This document shows, in pieces, positions 45,186 through 56,400 of a stretch of 64,000 nt of DNA (position 1 is its first letter; every line of letters begins with the position of its first letter). A program made the translations under genes and the position numbers. The notes below the pieces were generated by a model, which had not been told where the DNA came from, made no database searches, and saw only the letters and a program-made list of their open reading frames with translations. The DNA is taken from contig NC_092676.1 of assembly GCF_964355755.1 (NCBI RefSeq), positions 18,246,871 to 18,310,870 of the forward strand, given 5' to 3'. The DNA is from Antedon mediterranea. Taxonomy: Eukaryota; Animalia; Echinodermata.

Positions 45186-46949
45186 TTAAATATATTAAAC
45201 ATGGTCAACTTATTCAATCTTCTATCGACTAAAGCCAAAGTATAGTCGTTATCTCGGGACCGTTCTATGGCCACCACCAGGTAGGCTTACTTCATCAAAG
45301 CTTCTATGAATGGATGTACTGGTTGGGAGCAGAAAAACTAGTAGACCATACCCAGTACCATTTTGATTACGATCAATCGGGAAATTACCTCACGAAGCCA
45401 TATACATGGCTGCAGTCGCTTGCTCAAGTTAGTGTTTACCGACCAACATAGTGATCTGTAGAGTGGCATTGCACGCGACTAAAAAGCGAAAACATTGTAC
45501 TGTAAAATTCCTAAGTACTCTACACTAAATATTGCTTTAGCAATAAACTAACACCATTTCTATTTTATTCTATACAATTTCTCCATTCTTTTAATTTGAA
45601 CATTGTAAAAATAACACAAACATATTCTCTTACAATTATCTTTTTATCTTTGATTATGAAATTACGATATCTATCAATTTAAGCATTAAATATAAAATGT
45701 TTGTTAAAATATATAGCTAAACAATACAGTATGATCATGTGTGGTTTGATGACGTTGTGCTCCTGGTGGTCAGTTGAGAGCTGGCTTGTTCAAATCCTGT
45801 CCTGAGTGATTTTATCACAATTAATGTATGGCATTGTTGAAAGCTATGTTACACAGTATAAATATATCATGTCCATATTTGGACACTTGTCTTTACCTTA
45901 TATATTTATATATTATATCATATTTTGAAAAATCTACAATGCATGGTTAAAAATACATTGAAATATCAAATTCTGGGCAGTGTTTTCAAATGTATATGTA
46001 CGTATACATTTATCACATTTAACATTCATAATATGGCAAGACAATCAATTAAGGCCTGAAAATTTTATTTTCACTTTTTGTTTCGAAAATATACTTTACT
46101 AAAAGACAACTTAATTTTTAACACAAAATAAATAACATCTATCCAAAATGAAAATGCCTTTTATATGAGGTAAATATTAAAAATTACCTGCATTGAGCCA
46201 GATTAGCAAACCAAAAGCTGAGGTAGACCTCATCAGATTATATTACATCTAACAGTATTTACTAGTTTAATAATTATTTATATTTTCAGCAAACCAGCCA
46301 AAAAATAAAAATCACTTTAGGATAAAAATGCTATAATATAATTTTATATTTTCATGATTAGAAACTATTTTAACCATATAAAAATAGATTTTTTCTTTCT
46401 ATTGCCAAAAGATTTTATCCATAGACAAATTATTTACTAAATTTGACTATAAAAGTAGTAACATTTGCACAGTGTTTGTTAATAATAAACTGTTATTTTT
46501 CCCCTTTTTTTTGTGCAAAATTATTTTGTTAATGGGAAAAGCTGAAAACATTATTTTTTAAATTGTTTTATTTTTCTCCAAAGATTCTCTTTACAAAATA
46601 AATATGCCAAAAGCGGCATGTATTTTTATACAGTACAAGGAAATATTAATTAATAAATAATATATATAAATAAACAAATATTTATCTATTGGGTCAGGAA
46701 TGTTTAATGCAGCAAAATAGTTTCTTTGGCAAAGCAATATCATGGAAAGATATCAGAACTTGTTCTAAACAAATAAATAAATTGGAAGCTTTGCCAAAAC
46801 AAAACGCAGTTGAGAGTATAAGTAAAAAACAGTATTGTGAATTTCTAAACAAAAAGTGGTATATATGTATATTAAATTCCCAATTATAAATGTTGCGGAC
46901 CATTTGAAAAATCTAATGAATTGTTTCATTGTTTATGATTGAAATTTCG

Positions 46950-49900
46950 TTAATGTAAATTTTGTTTTAGAAAATTTACATGTATAGGAGATTTTTTGTA
47001 GAAAATGCAGTGAGTTCTGGCATCCAGCATGACTATTCTATCCTCAGGGTCTTCTGCTAAAGAATGTATCAAAAACGACTGTAAACTCTGGTCATTTTTA
47101 CACCATTCAAAATCTGGTTTATATCCACAGCCAATCTGAATAAAAAAAGATTGTTCAAATTAACTTAATAATGTACAGGGTAGAAGTGCAGTGGGAAGAG
47201 AAAAATGGATGAAAGTGTAAAAGCAGTAGCAGTACTACTACTACCATTGAGTAGGTAGCAAAATTGGTAATGCTTAAAACAAAAATTGTGTTTTTTTTCT
47301 TGCAATTTATTTTTAATGATTTCACTCTAATGTTATAGCATTAGCATGTAGACTTTAATCTTGACAAAATCACAAATCTAGGCCTATATTTTCAGTCAGT
47401 GTTTTTGAATTGATTGGTGTTTGGACTTGCGCATGTGGTGTTTAGACATGTACATGTGGTGGTTAGACATGTGTGTATTTTCACAAGCTAAAATTCAATT
47501 CAATTCAATTCAATTCATATTTATTTACTCATCGTTTATAAATGTAATTTCATAGCATAAATGATGGCAAGGATCCTGCAGTTTACACTTCTGTTTTCGC
47601 AGGACCCTTTTACATAAAAAACATAAAACAATAAACACAACATAATAGATATAAGATAACAAAAAAAGCATTTCCTATTTACATTTTAGAGTTGTTCATC
47701 ATCATAAAGCGATAGTGTTTTTCTCAATTGATTATTTATACATTTATTTTTCTTAAAAAAAGATATTCAGTTTATTACTTCCAGTACATGTGAATTCTTT
47801 CTTATATATATTACTATAGTTAGATTATTATTTGAGAAATCAATAATTAAGGTTTTTACCTTGTTTCTAACAACTTCTGGGTGTTCATGAGATAAGGCAA
47901 AGAATAAAGTTTTCTTGTGAAACAATTCATAGGTTAAAGTACCAACTCCCCAAACATCTGACTGTCTTGTTCTGAACTGCTTCTTACACACCTACAATTT
48001 TGGTTAAAATAAAAATGCCAAAATTAAAAAGAAAAATTGTATTCATAATATTATAATTGCCCAAAGGACACAATGTGGTCTTAATTAGGCATTCACAATC
48101 TTAACTTCAACACATTCAACACTAAAATTCAAGATAATTCTGTACTAGCAAATGTTATACTCACTTCAGTAGGTGTAAGGTGAGGCCTTAGCTGCTTTTT
48201 ATCATTTGATGTGTAACGCTTTGTACTGTCCAATAAAACAGCACTACTAAAATCATGAAATATCATCCGCTGTCTGGTTACATCAAGGCTAATGTGGTCA
48301 CCTGAGAGAAGGTGAAAAAAAAAAAAAAAAGACAAACATGAGTTTTATTAAATGATTTTAATTAATGTTAAAGATGTATTGTCTCTTTGAAACACAAAAA
48401 AATGAAGGTCAAAATATTCTAAATTTAAATTGGCCATATCAAAGTAATATTAAAGTTATTCACTTTAAGTCGAAAATTAGAGCCAAAAGCAACAAGTTTA
48501 CGTGATTAACAGGTATATTAGTTTGATTACATTTCGTCTGGAAAATCGTCGCGAGCGAAAGTAAACAAAGATTTCAAATCATGAGTACGCATTACGCATA
48601 TGCTAATTAGGATTGTTTACAACTCGTCACGGTTGAGAAAGGTATTTTCACACAGATCATGAGGAAGTTTTATGATTATGCATAGAGAGTAGCCAAACAA
48701 GCGCGTTTCATTATTGGGTATGTTTTGATCGAAAACTTTGACTGGAAGTCAGAGTTATTTTTTTAACAAAAAAACGTCTGTATTTCAGTGAAATGATTTT
48801 TTTTTCAACAAATTTTTGGTGATAGTTAATAACTATTATGATACTTCAAAATGACTCACCTTTTTTCGAAATCTGTTATTTTTTATTTTTTTGGAATTAG
48901 TCAAAGGGACAACATTATAGTGGCAATACATGTTTACCTAGCTTAACAAATTTGCAAGAACACTGTAGTATTAGTGTTCCCACTAGGATGTAATGTTGGG
49001 ATGTTAGCGCAACGTAAGCGATGACCAATGACCAACTCATCGCTTATGATTTGCCAAATCCCCTCTTTTAAATTTAGCAGTCAGTTGCCTGGAACTTCTG
49101 TCAATCTGGGAGAAAACATGTATCTACCAGAACCAAAGTAGGAGAAGCAGGTACTGTAGTACTTACTAGACCAGTCTAATAGGATAATCCGTAGGTCTCG
49201 GAGATGGACGGCCACCATACAGGCCTGGTCAATGTAACTTAGTCTATTGTTCTCTAGAGTCTTTATGTCTTGCGTACTTCCAGAGTTGATTAGGCTTTTC
49301 AATGAACCACCTAAAGTAAATTATTATGAAATTAAATACAGCACAGCAATACTTAAAAGTCACTGTCAAACAAGACTAAAATTGAAAATACAGAAACCAT
49401 AAAAATGAATCCGCCTTTTTTAGGGCATGTTGTCAAGACTTTTTAATGGCTGGAAACAAGCATAAACTAGACTAGACTAGTGCCATCAGCAGGCTTTTCT
49501 TTATTACTGTCTGTATGACACGCCATGCATGCCAATTTTCTTACCAATATTAAGCTGAACACCATCTAGAACCTAGACTAGACCAAAAAGTAACAGTGTA
49601 CAATGATAAGATAAGATAAGATAAATCTTTATTGTCATGAACACAACCAGGCGAACATGAAATTGGTTGATATGTACATATTTTGAATAGCATATTTGTG
49701 GAAATGTGCGAATGTAAGTCAAATTTGACTGCAGTGTATCAACATATGTCTTTGGTGCTGTACTTACTTGTTGGTAAAAGCACAAGAGCAGACGTGAATT
49801 GGCACAAGTAGAAAAAACAGAGCTGAGGGATGAAAGTTTAATGAATGATTACTTGTTGTTAAAAACTGTAGTCCTATCGTACCTTTAACAAGACTTGTAC

Positions 49901-52900
49901 ATATGTAACCAGCATTGTCATTGACTCTATACCACAGATGATAAGCAATTTGAGGGAGTCTGTTTTGATTCACCGTGCTCAAGATGTTTTTAATCTCGTC
50001 CCTGTTTTCTTTCTGTATTTCAAAGAGATTAAATTTTTTGATCCACAGTATAATAATATAGGTTACTGTATGTACCAAATAATTATTATGACTTGATAAA
50101 ATCTAGTGTTAAGACATGAGCACAAGAAGGAAGCAATGATTACTGCACCAACACTTGCTGGTCTATTCAAGTTTTGGGCAAGACACCTGATGATTAAGCA
50201 GCTCTCTGACATAGTAGTTCTACTATATGACCCAAATTGTACTGGGAAAGTTTTAAACTACATTTGAAAACTGCCCTGGAGTGGGCATGGGGGAAGTGGT
50301 GCAAAGGTAATAGGGTATCAAAATGTACCAAGAATGGTTTAAACTACGTTTGATTTGGTGTCTTGAATAAATAAAAACACTTACTGATACGCAAAAATGC
50401 TTAATAGCATATGGAACAGAACAATTGACCATAAATTGTACAGTAGTGAAAATACCAAATCCACATGGCTCTTGTAGAAAATCATTCAACAAATACAACT
50501 TCTTTGTATCTCGTTTTGTCCAAATATCATCAAAGTCCTGTCCTTTCTAAAGTGTTCAAATTTGAATTAAAAAATATTATGTACTGTACACGTACTGTAT
50601 AGGTTGTTGTGTGACATGTGATGTTTGTAGTGTTTAGTAGGATGCATGTGGATAGAATAAAATACTATAGTACATATTTACCCATTCATAATCATGTTCT
50701 TCTCGCAACCATCCAAATTCCAATACTGTCATTAATAGTACTTTTTTTTCAAAAATGGTGTAAAGTTTAGCAAGGGAGTGATCTTCTGTTATACCAGAAC
50801 TATGAGGGAGAGAGAGAAATAACATTAACTAGATTTTAATTTATCATTTGAAAAATTATGGGTGATATTCGAGTTAAAAACAGAGATAACAAGTCAACAA
50901 CAATCTTTAAGTTATCCACACAAAGAAACGCAACAGGCATGTACAGTATGTTAAATGAAATACCGTAAATGTTCTAATTGTAACCCTGGGTTATTATTCT
51001 TTGATTGTTTTTTAGAAGGGGGTTTTACAATTAGATTAGTGGGTTACTTTTCCGATCAGCAACTCATAGCAAAATAATAACACAGTACAAATAAACAAAG
51101 TTGGTTTATTTTATAAACTCAAAAACACTCAATCCTCCTCCACTCCAGAGATCAACATGCATTATCTCCTTATTTTCATAATACGGCTGCATCATAAAGT
51201 TTTTGTGACTCTAATGGCTAACACCCATGGGTTACTATTAGAGTAGTGGGTTATTATTATAGATTGACTTAAGGTGGGTTACTATTGGAAGTGGGGTTAC
51301 TATTAGAGTGTGTGTTTACTATTAGAAGATTTACGGTATGCAGAAGTTGATATATACCCTCCCATGTCAGACCTGAATAAATTTATGTTGAATTTTGTCA
51401 TCTACAGATACAGTATTATAGTATATATGGCGTAGCATACTGTAGGTAAATTACGGGAACCAATCTAATATTGAAATTGGAAAAACGAAAATTGGACACA
51501 TACAGTAGGGATGAGATGTGCGTTCTTATTTAATCATAAGCTAAGTGGTGGTAGTAAGAATGTGTGCTGAAGAACTGTGAAAGTAAAATCAGATTGGTAT
51601 TGTATTGTAATTGTTCAGTCATAGTCTACTTCTATTTGTGATTAATTGACCAATCACAACAGGTTAACAATAATGACATTTGATTAATTTTGGGTGAGCT
51701 AATTAATACAAAACAATATTAATAATATTGAGTTATTGACAAATATGTGTGATAAATATCTGAATTAGGTTTCCATTAAACACATAACTATACTCAGAAT
51801 ATTATGCCATAATGCCATTATGTGCAACACAGAGCATGTGCATCCATTTTATGGACATGTTACTTAAGCTTGGTTCCCACTAGGATGTAGATACAACACA
51901 AGCAAGTTTACCAATCATATACGACTGTTGCAAATAATCCATCGATTGAGATTGGTCAAATCACTGAGTTGCGTTACGTCATTGCGTCCTAGTGGGAACC
52001 AAGCTTTAGTAGAGCCTATGTCTAATATTGGAAATTTACATGGCACAAAATATGTTTTTTTTAATTTTATGTTTTATTTAGTGTACACAGTACTCCAGTT
52101 GAGTCTAACTAGTACTGTAGGCCTACATGTAGTAATATTATTATCTAATAGTAAAATTTAAGTACTGTTTCAAAAATGCTTAAAAACATACTATTGTTTA
52201 AAAAAGTTACAAAATGGAACAGGGCACTTGAACTCCTCGCAGATCTTGCTATGATGGTAAAACAAACTGACGACACGGTTACATTTCATACATGGGACGC
52301 CATTTGACAAACACATCTTTAGGTGTGTAATCACAGTGTGTACCTGAAAATAAAAAGATACAGTATTTCATATCAAGGAAGTTATCAACCTATATTTAAC
52401 AATACAAGATATTGTACTATGTAAATAATTCAAGATAAAGAAAAATTGGATAGCACTCCATGACTAATGTAGTTGAAAGTGCTGTGTAAATTTTGTTGGT
52501 ATAGCTGTATGCTAGAGGACAAACTCTGAGTGACTATAATATTATTAGTGATAATACCTTGTACCATACAAGTGAGCGCTTAAAATAAGTTTGTCTGAAC
52601 ACTACAAATTTGTGCATGCGGTGAACATAACCAAACTATCAGGATGTTTTTTTCTCATTATTTGTAATTTATTTAATATTGAAAGTTATTTCCAATATAA
52701 ACAATATTTTTCCATGCCATAGTAATACAGTAATTGGTGCAAGTACTGTATGTGAATTGCAGTACAGTATATGATAATATGCATAGTTAGTTTACCTGGT
52801 TACATTGTTGTTCAATACAATTTTGAACTTTACACAGAGATTTCAAATGCAGACACTCCATTTGGCAACATTTAACATTATTAAAACCAAGACCATCTAC

Positions 52901-53409
52901 TCCATGCTGTAACATTAACAATACATAGATTGAATGTTATTTATATATATGTTCCGCCGTACCATGCCGAGAATGTTAAAGAGTCGCAATCCAATCGAGT
53001 TTGAACAATACCATGAAAGCCCCAGTGGTCTAATGGTTAGGACATCTGCATATCAAGCAGGCGGTCCGAGTTCGAGTCTCGGTTGGGGCGACTTTTTCTC
53101 ATTCTCTCACAGATTTCCTCATCTTTATCGTTTCAAATTAATTAATTAAATTTCAGTATATCACCGGGCGGTTTCGAATTAATGTTCATTGCCTAATGTG
53201 TTTATATATAAATATATAACTCTGACGTTATCCAAATTCCTTCACTTGCACTGATGAAGGGCTAGTGTTGCCCGAAAGCTCTGCTAACTTTTCTGGCTGT
53301 TTACTTTATCGTTTTGATTTAGCTTTTCGCTTTTTATTTTTGTATCTCCATTGAGATCCAGCCACTGATACCCACAGCATTGTCATTTTTTTCAGTAATT
53401 TGCCTTTGG

Positions 53410-53446
<37 letters not shown>

Positions 53447-56400
53447 TCTGTTAATGCATCATAATAATGTAAAGTAGTATGTAAACCACAATATTTAATT
53501 GATAGGGCATTATAAAAATATAAAACATCAATATAAGAAACCATACATTACTATATAAAAATAAAAAATAATAAATTTTGATTAAAAGGCATATGTTGTA
53601 TACAGTATTTAATTATTATTATTTATTTAATCGTTTAACATTTTTAACAAGAGTAGGTATTGTACTGTTGAATTGTAAAAAATAAATTAATTGAAGATAT
53701 GATGCTGTTTAATATTCCTTTTCAAAGAACATTCATGAGTGTGTTTGTTGAATGTCAGTCAGTAAAGTTAACTGATGGCCAGTAATTGGTTGTATGTTCA
53801 ATTATTATGCAACTCCTACTGCTGTTATCCTGTATTAAGCTTGGTTCCCACTAGAACGTAACGCAAGGACGTAAACGCAACGCAAGCGTTTTAACCAATG
53901 ACAAGCGAAGTTATAGACAGTTAGCAATCACAAGCGAATAAGCCATCGCTTGTGATTGGTCAATTCACTTGCGTTGCGTTACGTCCTTGCGTTACGTTCT
54001 AGTGGGAACCAAGCTTTACAGAAAACAATTTTATCTACTGTATATTTGTTTAAGTTTAAATCATTCTTACGACCAATTTCTTAATTAGGCCAAAATTTAT
54101 CTAAAAATTTACAATAATTTTTCTGAAAAATAAAAATCAATGAAACTTTAAAGAGTGTACTATATTATAAAACATTTCAAGTAGATATAATTATAATTGG
54201 TATTTCCTATTGAAGTCCTATTTCTAATATAATAGAAATACAATTGTTTTTATAAGATATTGATAAAATGTCAAAGTTAAAAATCAATCATGCATAATTT
54301 GTCCAATCAAGCAAAACACCTCAATGAATTTATGACTTTTTCTTGCATGAACGAGGCAATAACTATAGTCTACTTTTACAACATGGGAGTATAAAAATAT
54401 ACCTCCAGGGAAATTTAGCAATGCCAGATTTTAGCTTTAAAGCATGGTTATTTGATTAAATACAAGCTTTAAGAATGAATAATATATGTATATAAAGTTT
54501 CAAGTTTCGGAGAATACAATTATATTTGCTGTAAGCAAATGGAAATGAAAAATGAGTGCAAGTATGAGCTACAATGGCTAGAAACAGAAAATTGTATTTA
54601 TTCATAGGGGGATTTGCAAAAAAAATCATACTTGTGCAGTATCCAGCGGTGGATCATCCAGAAATGATGCATTGACTTCAATTGATTCCTCATGCTGTAT
54701 GCTGCTTATATTTGACACTTGTCTATTAAATTCCTTGAAACATAAAGCAAAGTAAAAATTAAACAAGGCATGAAATAAAAAATGACTGGGGTAATAATGT
54801 TCAGCGCTTTAGAGGTTTCACAACATTAGGTGCTATATACTGTAGATCCAGGATATTATTATTATTATTATCTATATTATTCATTCATTTAATTTTCATT
54901 CATTTATAATATTGTGCCTTTTTAAATTTGTAACAATTTTTAAATGTTTTTTACAACTTTTTAATGAATGTAGTTACAGTATTTTTGCAAACAAAAGTTC
55001 ATACTTGTGAAGTATATATGGGATCATCAAGATATTCTGATGCAGCTTTAATTGATTCTTCATGCTGTATTCTGCTTATATTGGACACTTGCCTATTAAG
55101 TTCCTTGAAACAAAAAGCAAAGCAAGGCATGAAATAAAAAATGACTGGGGTAATAATGTTCAGCGCTTAGAGGTTTCACAACATTAGGCGCTATATAAAT
55201 CCAGGATATTATTATTGTTATCTATATTATTCATTCAATTATAATATTGTGCCTTTTTAAATTTTTAATATGATTTATTAAAACATGGTTGAAATGACTA
55301 AGTTACTGTAGGCGTGGTGAAAATTACAATTTTTATGGTTTAGGTTTACATTTCAAGTATTTTGTCTGTAAAAATAGATGAAATAATTGGGACAATTCTA
55401 CCACCTGGAACTTGGAACAAGAATCAGAATGGAATTAGAGGACTGCCAATATTTATACATTACTATATTTATGCTGTTTTATAATAAACATCCCGTCATA
55501 AATGCATTTTTTCTCTATAGAAAAGTACTACTCTTCAAAGGCCAGCTTATGACAACAATGGGAACGGTTGGAGTAGTTTGGGGAATAATTTTATAATCAT
55601 AAAACCATGTACCCTACAGTAGTAATGATCAAGCATGATTTCAAAGCCTAAAATCAAAATTCATTTAGGCATTTCTCTCCCTTAGCAGAATCAGTCCATT
55701 TCACCCGGGTTTTTGAAAAAATCCGGGTAATAAATCTTGGTCGGTTTTAAACAATTTATGAGTTCTGATTGTTTATCTTGACACACATGAAAGGCCAGCT
55801 GGAGTGTGACAGACACTTCACTACAGAAATTGCTGAAAACCATGTAGGAATTTTCATGAGCTGTCCAGGTGACCTTGTTGTAAATGACATAATAGTACCC
55901 TTGGGTTGTATTTGATGGGCAGTTAATATAATCAAATTACAATTGTGTGTTTTATGGGCTGATACTCTTGACAGACCTGTGGACCATTTCTGCTAAGGGA
56001 GAGTTTTGCTCAATGGTCAATGACACTGGAACTCAGTGCCTGTTAAATCCATTATCCATTATTGTTATCTATATTATTCATTCATTTATAATATTGTGCC
56101 TTTTTAAATTTGTAAAGATTTTGAAATGTTTCATAATTGTTCGTTTTAATGAAGTAGTATATGGCGCGCCAAGCTGTCATTTATTCAAGCAATAGAGATA
56201 TCTTAGTTTTTAATAGAGATATCTTAGTTTTAAATAGAGACATCTTAGTTTTAAATAGAGATATCTCTATTAATAGAGATATCTCTATTAACAGAGATAT
56301 CTCTATTTAAAACTAAGATATCTCTATTAAAAACTAAGATATCTCTATTAAAAACTAAGATATCTTAGTTTTAAATAGAGATATCTCTATTAATAAAGAT

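Larger units (their letters stand above)
52941..53442 (+). mobile_element. tRNA + hammerhead composite element, copy 2, in (TA)n
   Basis: Near-identical to 20051-20507 and flanked by (TA)n. It is intronic and antisense to the TAZ-kinase gene. Confidence 0.8.
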
